DNA of 64,000 nt, taken from the NCBI RefSeq assembly GCF_001194135.2, contig NC_068990.1, positions 65,096,397 through 65,160,396 on the forward strand. Reading direction: 5' to 3'. Under the pieces are notes generated by a model, which was not told the origin of the DNA, made no database searches, and worked only from the letters and a program-made list of their open reading frames with translations. Shown piece by piece: positions 26,701-40,287 of the stretch. This DNA comes from Octopus bimaculoides (lineage: Eukaryota). Position 1 is the stretch's first letter. Each line of letters starts with the position of its first letter. Both the position numbers and the translations under genes were made by a program.

Positions 26701-29700
26701 TCATCAGTGACCATAAATATTTCATTGGTTCATGCATATGTTAGATGAATGTGTTATTGATGAGCTGTATTACAACCAGATGCCCTTCATGTTGCTAACC
26801 CTTGTCTGCTTTTCAAATAAGGGTTTGTCTTCAAAGATGCAAAGTGAGTAGACAGAGATGACAACAATAACATGGCTTGTAGCTTTTGATGTTTCTAGAG
26901 CACAAATGTATAAAAAAAAATACACACGCTCATATACGCACACTCTCGCACATGCATACAAATGATAGACTTCTTTCAGTTTCTGTCTACCAAATAATAC
27001 TTTGTTTGGAAACAGAAGATTGCTGGTGACAGGAAGGGCTTCCTGGCTGTAGAAAAATCTGCCTCAACAAGTCCTTTCTGACCCATGCAAGCTTGGAAAA
27101 GTAGATATTTAACTCTTTTGAGACACATGGTGTTTTGCTATGTGTAACTAAAAAGACGAAAATTTTTTTCCTATTGAGATACATCTACTGAAAGACAATC
27201 TCTGATTAGCTATTACACTTCAAAACCAACCATTCACAACATTTGTTCCATTGGGTTGACAGATCAGCCTCAAAGTCCTTTCAGTTTGTATCACTTGGAT
27301 CAACCAATTGGCCTGGGTGTCCCAAGAGGATTTAAATAGTGATGATGATTATGATGATGGTGATAATGACACCAGTACTGTTCATCTGTGACCATGACCT
27401 TCAATTTAATAAAGACCACATCATTTACTCATTGATCTGCACTTGCTAAAGTAAACATATATTTAATTAACTTGGCAATTTGTTATAAGTTGAAGTGTGA
27501 AGGATTTGGAAAAGCAGTAACGTGTTTGTTTGAAACTTTGTTTCATATTGGAAGAAAGTTTTGGGGTGAATTGTCTGAACTGTATACCATGTCTCAAATA
27601 GTACTATGTTTCAAATCAAGAACATCATCTTTGAGATCATTCTGAATCTGGATGGTTCCCATGACAATAAATAACAATTACTTTGCTCAAGTGCATGTTG
27701 TGATCCATATAAACCATTGTCTGACTGTCTGTAAAGTTTCTGAAGATGCAAGCATCTGTAAGAGGTTGTGCCACATAACTTTAAAAGAAAAAATGACGAA
27801 AAAAACGTTGATTTGTCACAAGATTTGGACCTCTTATGCTAAGAGATGACCAAATAGAGAACCAAAGTGACAGTCATCCAGATGTGACTGTACAGATGTT
27901 TATGAAAACTTTCTGAGAAGTGTCACAGCATGTGATGATGAAACATGAATGTAGAGCTGTGGGGTTGAAAGAGAAACATAGTTGTCAGTTGGGGTCAGTT
28001 TATCTTTGCTGAAAAAAAAAGCCGGTCACTCAAATGTGAAGGTAATGTTGCACATGTTTTTGATTGGAAGGGCTGTGTCCATTATGAGTTTGTTCCGCAT
28101 CAATGATGATGATAATCTTTAAATTTTAATTTCAGTTCCTATTCGACTATTTCCTTGAACTTGTCAAAACTCAGCAGCCCTCTGTGTACCATATTTTGAA
28201 ACCAGCACCTAAAGTTCAACCTCTTGTAAAGGTATGTAAAATCATTCACACATCAAAGTATTTAGTAAGGATAATGTGAACACAAGCAGTGATGTTGACT
28301 ATCCTCTTTGAATCCAACTCTACACAGTGCAAAAATCGAAAGTTTGTAGCTTTTGGGGGGAGTGACTAGATGCCACTCTAAACCCCACCCATGTTCTCTT
28401 GATAACCACTCATCTTACACACCATCCCATAACCACCCCACTCAAACTCAAAAAATGGCCTCTCGCTATCACACTATCTCACAACAAGACATCTTGAAAT
28501 GCCTCCATTTTCGCTTTATCCAACTCCACACCCCAACATAAAATCTATCTTTTTCCATCCATATCAGACTTGCCACCCTGTACACATGCATGCCATTTAC
28601 AAAAGCACTGCTAATCACTTTCAACTCAACAGGACTATTAGCCTGACATTATTCGGTCCCTCCAATCCTGCCAACTATTATCCTATCACACTTACTTCCA
28701 ACATCTGAAAGTGAAGTAGACAACAATTAACAACAATCTTTTCCAACCTCTTAAGTTTCTCTCTCCCACTTTAGTGGTTTTTATAAAGTCAGATCTACTG
28801 GAGACATGTTCTTCTTTGTAATTCACTAGTAGGTCATTGCCCTCAAAAATTTGGTGAGAGCAAAATCATTGCACTTGACATCAGCTTGTTCTTGTCAGTT
28901 TACATTTGTTTTTTTTTGTATTTGATTACAAATTTCAGTGATGGCTACAACCAATACTTTACATCTTGCATTCCAAATTATTAGATGAACTGATTTAGTG
29001 AATTCCTTATATATAGTAATAAGCTATATTTACCTCATTTCTGATGCAGTCCCAATTGGAACAGAAACCAGTAAGGTCAATCTTTTTTGTGGCCATGGAG
29101 AGATAAAAAAGAAGAAAAATACAGTATTTGTATTTGTGTGTTCAATTGCATATTACAGCCAATAGCTTAAACTAGTTAGTTGTACCTTACTTTACATTTC
29201 AGATTTTTCGTTGCACAATGTTTAGGTCTGTCATGTGCCCTTGGATTCATAAGGGCAGAGCTTAATCTGGATTCCCTGGCAGATGAAACTGAGATTACAA
29301 CACTCCCCATGAATAGGATGCCAGTCCATTATAGTAGTAATTTCCCAGCTATTGCGGAAACTCATGTATAGCTGAGTGGACTGGAGCAATGTGAAATGAA
29401 GTATTTTGCTCAAGAACACAACACACTACCCAGTCCAGGAATTGAAACCCCAATTTTATGATCATTAGCGCAACACCCTAACCATTAGGCTATGTGCATT
29501 TTTACAATGTTTAGTGCCTCATTGATTAATATTATTATAATCATTTTGCCAAATACAGAAGACATGTTTATTTTATTTATCACTCTCAAATATTTTTATT
29601 TTTACTTCAAACATTTTATTTTTATATATTCAGGTCAAAAAAGTACTTGTATTGGGCAGTGGTGGACTGTCTATTGGTCAAGCTGGAGAGTTTGATTATA

Positions 29701-31322
29701 GTGGTTCTCAAGCTGTGAAGGCTCTAAAGGTAAGAAAACATTACACTAAACCCATAATCTCTTCAATCGTACATTTTTATATTTTTATGGTTTTGTCCGA
29801 AGAGGAAAGGCAGAGCCTACAATCTTCTTCACAGCTTCCCAAACAGGTGGGACAAAGGGTAGAAAATAGCCTCAGACTTGACATTTCATGCAGGTGCTTG
29901 TAGCCAAATGGACTCTGCTCTTTAGTCAGGTGCTAGTGTTAAACCTTGCACTGTATCACACCTACCACATAGTGTATAGTTGTTTGCAGTGAATTGTATG
30001 ACACCTGACCCATGACAATATGGAAGAATAGAATGAGATATGGAAAGCTGAGTCCTCCCAAAATTATTTAAATTGTTTCCAACTCACACAAAGGGGGTTA
30101 AGAGTTGTGTCCGTTTGGTCCATTTGAAAAGATGCGGTTAATTTTATTAGGAAAGTCTAGTTTGTAAGACCGTATCCAGAGAGGGTAGTGTTCTCCTGTT
30201 CAATAACAGAAACTTGTTGAGATGCTTGCATCTTGTGAAAATTTCTGATCTTAGTAAGTTTTTGGATTTGGAAAGGATATGCAAGACTTCCATTTTTTCT
30301 GTCCTTCAATACTACTCCCTACCTCAGTTGAGGGGGTCTTGTCTTGCAGGTTACTTGGTTGTCTCATTGCTGCTGTTGCCACTTTAAAATCACCCAGTGC
30401 ATTCTGAAAGTTGTTGACATTAGGAGGGGCATCCAGCCATAGAAACCATGTTAATGCAGACAGCCAGGCTTGGTGTCTGCCGAACTATTCAACCAATGTT
30501 AGCATGGAAAACAGATGTTAAATGATTATAATAATGATGATGATGATATTGGATGTCGGTATGCACATACCTGTACGTATATATGCATATACTCATTTAC
30601 TATTGTTTTCACCAATTTGTAAGTAGTTATCGTAACTTTATATTTTCCTACGCTACTCTATCTCTTTCTCTTTCTCTTCCTCTATCATTTTTCCCCCTCT
30701 CGTTCTTCCTCTTTACTACTACGTATCTCGCTTTACTCCTCTCGTTCTTCCTCTGTTACTACTACGTATCTCTTTTTCCCCCCTCGTACTTCCTCTCTTT
30801 CTCTTTTCCTCTCGTTGCTCACCTATTCTTCTACTTCCTCCCTTTGTTTCTCCCTCTACCACTCTCTCTCTTCCCCTTACACTGGCATGGTCACATGCTT
30901 CCGGTCAATAATCCTTTTCTTCCTTGGCTATCGCCGAGCAAACACGCGAACTNNNNNNNNNNNNNNNNNNNNNNNNNNNNNNNNNNNNNNNNNNNNNNNN
31001 NNNNNNNNNNNNNNNNNNNNNNNNNNNNNNNNNNNNNNNNNNNNNNNNNNNNNNNNNNNNNNNNNNNNNNNNNNNNNNNNNNNNNNNNNNNNNNNNNCCA
31101 TGGGAAGAGCCGTTTTAACGATGCGTCCTGCCCAGCTCTTCGAAACACCGGTGTTAAAACGGGGGTAGCTGATGAAGAAGAATGTTCTCTATGTGGCTTG
31201 TGTGTTTTCTCGTCTAGGTTTTGTTTGCAATGTCCTGTACCCAGATATGCACCTATACATACAGGTGGATGTCGGTATACACATACCTGTACGTATATAT
31301 GCATATACCCATTTACTATTTG

Positions 31323-31363
<41 letters not shown>

Positions 31364-32973
31364 GCACATGCACACACACTTTCATATATTAATAAAGCTG
31401 TACATTTGTTTCCAGGAAGAGGACATTCAGACCGTGCTGATGAATCCTAACATTGCTTCAGTACAGACGAATGCTGAAGGGGCAAAACAGGCAGATATCG
31501 TTTATTTTCTGCCAATCACAACAGAATTTGTGACAGAGATCATTAAAAGAGAGCGTCCTGATGGTTTACTACTTTCCATGGGAGGTCAGACAGCACTGAA
31601 TTGTGGTAAGTAGCAAGTAAAATTCTAGAATGAAGGCCGAAAATGTGTTCCACTTCAGTGATTAATTTCTGTCTCCAAAATCAATCTTTTTTTGCCAGAA
31701 GAAATAAGAGAAGTTGATTCTCTTGACTGCTCTTATATCTTTAGTAGAATGGCTGTGTGACTGATAAACTAAAAAGCTGCTGATACTAGGAGAATATTAG
31801 GATTGTGATTAAAGACACAGCAGTTGCAATTTTAAAGTTTACTACCTTATTCCAAGTTCAAATTTTGATTGTTTCATTAAAAGGTAAGTCTAATTACAAA
31901 AGAAATTGTTAGTGTGGCTGTGTGGTAAGAAGTTTGCTTCCTGACCACATGGTTCCAGTTTCAGTCCCACTATGTGGCAACATGGACAAGTGTCTTCCAC
32001 TATGGCCTTGGGTCAGCCAAAGCCTTGTGAGTGGATTTGGTAGACAGAAACTGAAAGAAACCTGTCTAAACCTGAGCTGGCAGAAACGGTAGCAAGCTGG
32101 GCAAAATGCTTTGCGGTATTTCGTCTGCCGTTACGTTCTGAGTTCAAATTCCGCCGAGGTCGACTTTGCCTTTCATCCTTTCAGGGTCGATTAAATGAAG
32201 TACCAGTTACGCACTGGAGTCGATGTAATCAACTTAATCTCTTTGTCCGTCCGTGTTTGTCCCCTCTATGTTTAGCCCCCTGTGGGCAATAAAGAAATAC
32301 GAAACTGAAATAAACCTGTCAGCCTGTTGTGTGTGTGTGTTTACTTCCCTGTAATTTAGCATTTCAGCAAAAGAGATTAATAGAATAAGTATCAGGCTTT
32401 AAAAAAAATGATATGAGTAATGGTGTTGATTCATTTGACTAAAATTCTTCAGAGCAGTGCCTCAGCATGGCCACAGTCTAATGACTGAAATGAGTAAAAA
32501 ATAAAAAAACAATAAAGATTGCTATTAGATATTTTTTGTCTGCACAGTTTCAATCAGCATTACTAATTTTGTTTTTTGTTTCGTTGTTAGTACTGTTTTC
32601 CTCTTTTTGTATAGGTGTGGAGTTGTATCGTAATGGTATTTTGAAAGAATATGATGTAAAGGTACTTGGTACGCCCGTTGAATCAATTGAGGCAACTGAG
32701 GATCGCCAGATTTTTGCAGACAGATTGATAGAAATCAATGAGAAATTAGCCCCCAGCTTTGCTGTGGAAAATGTGAGTAAATTTTGGCTAATCTCTAACA
32801 GTATGTGTGTGTGTGTGTGTGCGCATGGATGACTGCTTAATATATGTTATATTCACATATAAGTAGTTACTTGTAGGCTTGTCAGAAACTGCCTATGGTT
32901 TTTTGATAGCAAGGCAGAAAGACAGATGTAAGGTTGAGAGAAAAGCATACAGGTGTTTGTATGTGTGTTATGT

Positions 32974-33025
<52 letters not shown>

Positions 33026-36000
33026 TTCAACCAGTCGACCACCCATTTCTTTCAAGATATTACTTTTCCACTACTACCATCCTCTTTGAATGCCCCACAT
33101 GTTTTTATGCAGCTGTCTTCATCCAAGTATCATCTACTACAGCCTGGGGCTATAGTAGTGTATGGATTTGGTAGATGGAAACTGAAAGAAGCTTGTTGTG
33201 TATATTTATTCATATGTGTGTGTGTAAGCTTGTGTGCTACTGTCTCCTTTCCTTGACATTGCATTATAATTGTAAACAGTATCACTGTCATGGAAGTAGT
33301 GACCTTCATTTCCAATCTTATGGGAAAACATGTCTGGTCATGGGGAAATATCTTAGAAATAGGTGAGGGTTGGTGACATGAAGGGTATCCAACCATAAAA
33401 AATCTGCATCAACTGATTCTGTCTGACATGGTTATGTGGATGTTAAAATTATGTTGATGATGATGATGATCACATGAATACACACACACACACACACAGT
33501 GTATAGTCTCACATATGTGATGTAATGAATTGAAAAACTCCAGTTTATTGAGATTATCCTTGCAGTTATAAAGTGAAAACTTCCTCTGGGATTGTTTAAA
33601 ATTTTAAAACTGCATGGATGAAACATGTCTAATTAAATTAGCTAAACCAAAGTTTTGGAAAATAATCACATTGCAGTTTGGGGTCTTAAAAGCCATCTGG
33701 TAAAAGCAATGGGTGTGTTGATCTTGTCTGTGGAGCTATCTTGTGAAAGCAATGGACATGTTTATAAAAACAATACAATCAGCTTTCTGTTCAATTAAAC
33801 ATAAATTTCTCCCACTTCCTTATTTAAAGATCTCACACTTATGCTCCTACATCCCACTGCCACAACCATCACTATAATCAAGACCAATTTAATTCCAGAC
33901 TTTATCATGTCTCCAGATTCTTACCATTTCATAATCACAGACAACTTGGCTATATTTTCTGCTAGCATGTTTCCTCTTCTTTCCCCTACTTCATCACCAT
34001 GCTGGCATAAAATGGACTAGTTATCATGGTTTGAGTTGGTACTTGACTGATGGTACTAGTCTAAATCAAGGAACCATGCATCACTCATCTGTTTCCATTT
34101 TGGCATGGTTTCTCTGGCTGTATCTTCCTCCTAGCACCAGTCACTTTATAGAGTGCATTTGGGTGCATTTTTCTTGACACCAGCACTAGAAAGATAATCA
34201 TGTCCTTGAAAATACAAAACTAAAGGTTCTGTAGACCCTATACTATCTCTGCTCCTTTTCCCACCACTTCACTGGATGCATTTTATAATAACATTGATGT
34301 GAGATTGACCCAGGATCTCTGATCTATGCTGTCTTCATTTGCTCAGGGTAGCATGACTATTAGAGAGGACAGAGAAGAGAATGTTTATAAAAGATGAACT
34401 TCAGTGAAAGAGGGACAAGGAGGCCTTTGGTATAACAGTGGGAGAAATGGAAGCGATGGTGATATATATTTAACCTTCAAATGGTTTAATTATTGGCTTT
34501 GAAAACTACCAGAAGGATAGGCATGGAATAATAACTTTGTTAGCCAGTCATTAATAAACAAATGTATGTGTTTATTAACAACTGGCTTACAACATTTATG
34601 TGTATTTAATACATACACATATGATGATGGCTATTTACTTGTTAGACAGGTGTAACTATTGCTGACAGGTAAATGTCAACAATGTCTGTTCAAGGGTTTT
34701 AAGTTGAGTGTGGCTTGCACAACACAACTTCTCTCACCTGCAGTTCCAAAAAATCCAGTGACAAGCAAAGTGCAAGATTTTCAGCTCAATAGGGCTGCAG
34801 GTTTTACATGCAAGTTAGCATTCTCCTTGACATATGCCTTAACAAAGACCAAGAGCCCTTCACTTCTAGTAGGCTTACTGCATCCTCAGATACCAACCTG
34901 AGTATTTCTATGTCCCAGCAGTCATATGCTTGTTAACCCATACCTGGGTGCTACTACTCCGTTTCAGAGTAGACCTGTGTATGGCTTTAAAGTGGGTATC
35001 TGATTAAGGAGGCACTTGGCTCAGTGGTTAGAAAGTTGGGATCACAACCATAAGGTAGTGAGTTTGATTCCTAGACCAGGCTGTGTTGTGTTCTTGAGCA
35101 AAGCACTTTATTTCATATTGCTCCAGTTCATTCAGCTGTAGAAATGAGTTGTGATGTCACTGGTGCCAAGCTGTATCAGCCTTTGCCTTTTCCTTCGACA
35201 ACATCAGAGGCATGGAGAAGGGAGGTGTTATGCATGGGCAACTGCTGGTGCCTCAGAGAGGAACTTTCTAGGTGCTATCCTATGGTCATTCATGATTGAA
35301 GGAGGTCTTTATCCTTTACCCAGTTCAGGAGTTCCAGGATTTTGTGGAGTGTGGAACCACCTCTTAGCCACATACATACTTACATCATCGTTTAACGTCC
35401 ACTTTCCATGCTAGCATGGGTTGGACAATTTGACTGAGTACTGGTGAACCGGATGGTTGCACCAGGCTCCAATCTGATCTGGCAGAGTTTCTACAGCTGG
35501 ATGCCCTTCCTAACGCCAACCACTCCGAGAGTGTAGTGGGTGCTTTTACATGCCACCAGCACGAGGGCCAGTCACGCAGTACTGGCAATGACCATGCTCG
35601 AAATGGTGTTTTTTACATGCCACCTGCACAGGAGCCAGTCCAGCGGCACTAGCAACGACTTCGCTCGAATGATTTTCTAACGTACCACCGGCACAAGTGC
35701 CAGTAAGGTGACGCCAGTAACGATCACACTTAAATGGTGCTATTTACGTGCCACTAGCACGGAAGCCAGACAGCTGCTCTGGCAATGATCATGCTCAGAC
35801 AATGCTGTTAGTGCTCCACTGGCACAGGTGCCAGTCATCGAATATGGTTCAATTACGATTTCGATTTCACTTGCCCCAACAGGTCTTCGCAAGCAGAGTT
35901 TAGTGTCCAATGAAGGAGAGGTTGGCAAGGGTGACAGTCGTCGAATTTGGTTCAATTTCGATTTCAAATATATGTATATTCACTTTTCTTCTTTTTCAGT

Positions 36001-39000
36001 TGAAAGATGCATATAATGCAGCAGAAACCATTGGATATCCTGTTATGGTGAGAGCTGCCTATGCTCTTGGCGGTCTTGGCTCTGGAGTATGCTATGACAA
36101 GCAGTCTTTAAAAGCTGTTGTGAACCATGTACGTGACTCAATAAGTTTTGACAAGATTTCCTTGTGTAAACATCAGTGATCCTTTTGAATACTCATTATT
36201 CCTGTACTTGTCTTCATTAACTTTAATTTAACTTATCACTACTTCAATTATTTTGATTAGCTTTTTGTTTGTCTAGATGTTTATGTATTTGATTATCTAT
36301 CTCTCTGTTTCTAGCTTTTCTGTCAATTTATGATATTTTGTCATCTATATGTCTATCTATTTATCCATGCATCTCTTTGTCAGTTTGGTGTTAATTGCTT
36401 ATATATGTATCTTCCTGTTTATTTAGTTCAAGAGTTTTAAGAGCCATAAACTGACAGGCCAATGAAGTGTTCTCTTTGGCCCTCAAACTTTTTCTAAAAA
36501 AATTTCATATTTGATAAACTTGTGAGCCATTGAACAGTTGGTTTTTAGATAATCTTTTGTGCCAGGATTTGTTTAATTTTTGCTGACATCATTGCTAGTG
36601 GTGTATATGTGGAGATAATTTTATACATAAGATATGATATAATATAGATGTGGGCCATGAGCAAATGTAAGATCATCATAATTGGACCATTATAAAAAAA
36701 AAAGTTCCTATTTCCTGGTTTAGTTGATACTTGTTTAGCCAACAAGCTAACTGAAATCCGTTATGATTTTGTAACAGATGTTGATGTTGCAGATGTGCAT
36801 GAAAGAAGAACCATGATTGAAGTTGTAAACAAGCATTTATTAACTATTACATATTGTTATAGCCAAACCACAATGGTCTAGCATGTATAATATAATTTGT
36901 AAAGCATGCGAGGTAAAGAGAGATATTGTAGATTTTTCTTGTATAGGTGTGTTTGTGTTCTTGTCATTCTAGCAGCAGGGAAAATGATAGAGTGATGTTG
37001 TAGAGTAGAGAAAGTGAGCTAGTGAAAGTGAGAGTGGTAGGACAAAGCAACTGCTTTGATGGTGAGTTACCATAGCTGTCCCTCTGTGCCCTTTCATTCA
37101 GAGATGGCATTTTGATCAGCCAGTTAGCCAACTCAGTTCTCACTAACTGACTTTGGCTTACAGAGTTCTTGTATTCATAACTATACAAAACTACCAAGAA
37201 AAATAGGTATATTGTATAGAACACTAGATATTCTTTGGGGAGTCGACTGTTTTCTCAATTCAACTCTCCACTGCATACAAGAAGTTAGAAGGGTGAAGTG
37301 GCAAAGACATAAATCAGCTTAGCAAGGCCATGTGTTCATTGCACCTGCTGTCAACCATTTTCTCTTTTTCTCTTTTACTTGTTTCAGTCATTTAACTGTG
37401 GCCATGCTGGAGCACCGCCTTTAGTCGAGCAAATCAACCCCGGGACTTATTCTTTGTAAGCCTAGTATTTATTCTATCGGTCTCTTTTGCTGAACCGCTA
37501 AGTTACAGGGACGTAAACACACCAGCATCAGTTGTCAAGCGATGTTGGGGGGACAAACATATACACACACATACATATATCTATACATATATACGATGGG
37601 CCTCTTTCAGTTTCCATTTACCAAATCCACTCATAAGGCTTTGGTCGGCCTGAGGCTATAGTAGAAGACACTTGTCCAAGGTGCCACGCAGCAGGACTGA
37701 ACCCTGAACCATGTGGTTCGTAAGCAAGCTACTTACCACACAGCCACTCCTACATCTGTTTTTTCTGTGAGAAAAATGCTGTTGCATTGTTAAGGGAAAT
37801 TGGCAGATTCTGATTCAAATCGACTCTATGTTTAAATGAAGTCACTACAATTTCTTTTGACCAGATACCTAACTGATTTGTTTGAAAGGTGGAATTTTAT
37901 TAATTGGAGCATATTTATCACCTGAATAAGATAATTTGAACTAGTAAATTCAGATACATAAAGACTGACTTTGGTTTATGTCTTTAGTGTCTGTATCATT
38001 ACTACGCCTGGATTATGGGTAATTTTGTTGGCCATTTTTCAGAGTATTAGCAGAGGCTCAGAAGGAACAGTGAAAAGCAGACCTTGAGTGAAAGGATATT
38101 AGCAAATATTGGTTTAACTATCTGACAAAGTACTTATGTGTAAGTGTGACCTATACATAATTTCAACTCTCAGTTTAGATACAGTCATCACACCTTATTT
38201 TTTTCATGGTGAGCCTTGCATTTTTTTAAGGTTATGTGATGATATGATGCCAAAAGTACTGAGTTGAGTAAGACCATAACTCTACTTGTCTTTGAAGAGA
38301 AACGTAATTAGACATAGTGTGAGGCAGTCATAATAAACTGGAAATATACCATCAAATTCTTTGTATTTGTTTCAGGCTCTGGCAGTGACAAAACAAGTTC
38401 TTATTGAGAAGTCTCTGCTTGGCTGGAAAGAAGTTGAATATGAAGTAGTACGTGACTGTCAAGACAATTGTATTACAGTTTGCAATATGGAAAACTTTGA
38501 TCCACTTGGTGTACACACAGGTAAAAATTAACTTTGCTGAGAATGAATATACAGGGTGTGTCAGTTTTTGTGAGGACACCTCTTTCAAGTACGCTAACTT
38601 TTTTCTAAATTATTTTTTTCGCCTTACTTTTCAGATAATGTTAGGAATCAGCAAATGAAAAGGCACACTGTTATTGTTGCCTTAAAAGTGCAGCATAGTG
38701 ATACAGAGATAGCTCGCTTCCTGAAAGTTCCCTGATCCTTCAATGTCAAAGCTCAAAAGGAGCTGAAAGCTGTTAATAGGGATCAGCTGCTAAATGCAAA
38801 ATGCATGCACAATTTCCTTAATACAGTCAGAACACATGACTTGGTACAAAAGGTTCAAGAAATAATCACTAAATACTTCGAAAGGTCAATCAGAGCCATT
38901 GCAAAGGATCTCAAGGTTTCAGAATGCAGCATCAGATGAGTTGTGCGTGATGAGATTTGGTACAAGTCATATGTGATGCAGAAGGGTCAGTTTATGTTGG

Positions 39001-40201
39001 ACATAACAAGAGAGCATTGTTCGATCTATGCAAAGTGCTTGGCTAAACCAGTTAAAACACCAAAAGGCTGGAATGCTTTGGTTTTTCTTTGATGAGAAAA
39101 ACATAGATCAGGACCAAAAGGTAAACTAAAGAAATGACAAATGGTTATACAAAGATCTGAATGAGGTTCCAACAGTCATGCATACTAAATTCCCAGCAAC
39201 TGTAATGGTTCTGGGAGTCATCAGCAATGAGTGAGTTGTCATGCCTTCTCACTTTTTTTTTTCACAGGCCTTAAGAGTCAATGCTGCTGTCTACTCAGAG
39301 ATGTCAGAGAAAATTGTGAGGCTCTAGATAGACAGAGTATGCAATGGAAGATCATACATCTTCCAACAAGACTCTGCACCATCTCATAAGACTAGGACAA
39401 CCCAGGTGTGGATGTGTACCAGTCACCATGCTTATTTTCTCCCAGATGGATGGCCTCTTTGCTCACTAGACTTCAATGGACTATTACATATGGCCTGTAG
39501 TCAAGGGAGAGGCCAATCAACACCCTCCCCTTATACCATGTGATCTCTCAAGTCTGCCATAATCAGCACTATGTCCAAAATTGACAGATTATCTGATTCA
39601 GGTGTGTCCATATTTCCAACCCTGTATTGAAGCACTCATTTATGCTAATGGTGGATTCATAAAATCGGTGTGATAAAAGAATTCTGGAGATTATTTGTGC
39701 CTGTTTCTTTTCAAAGACAACTTTTCTTTGATGAACAATGCATCTTTATCTAAATTCATACCAATGACCTCAAAAAACTAATGTTCCTGTAATTAAAGGT
39801 AACTTTTGTCTAGATTGTAGATTTGCTCATGTCATATATTATCCCTATCATCATCAAGTTGTCAACATTTTAATGTCCACTTTTCTATGCTTCATGAGTC
39901 AGAATTTAATGAGACAGATTTCCTACAACTGGATGCCCTACCTGTCACTAACCCACACCTGTTTTCAAATATGGTTATATTTCCCTATGACTGGACATAT
40001 ATTTTCATGGAAGATTAGAGACAAAGGACATCGCTTATAAAATGATGATACTCATTTACAACTATCTAATTGAAAGTGTGTGTGTGTTTTTAGCTTTCTT
40101 GGGTGATGCTATTATTTCTATTTAGTATCCTTGTTTTTTGCTTATGTTTCTGTTCTTGGTTGCTTTGTGTATTCTGTGTACACACACACACACACACTCA
40201 C

Positions 40202-40287
<86 letters not shown>

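Noticed and set aside
30553-31392. 279-aa hydrophobic ORF
   Set aside because: CT-rich simple repeats plus an N-gap and a dispersed repeat
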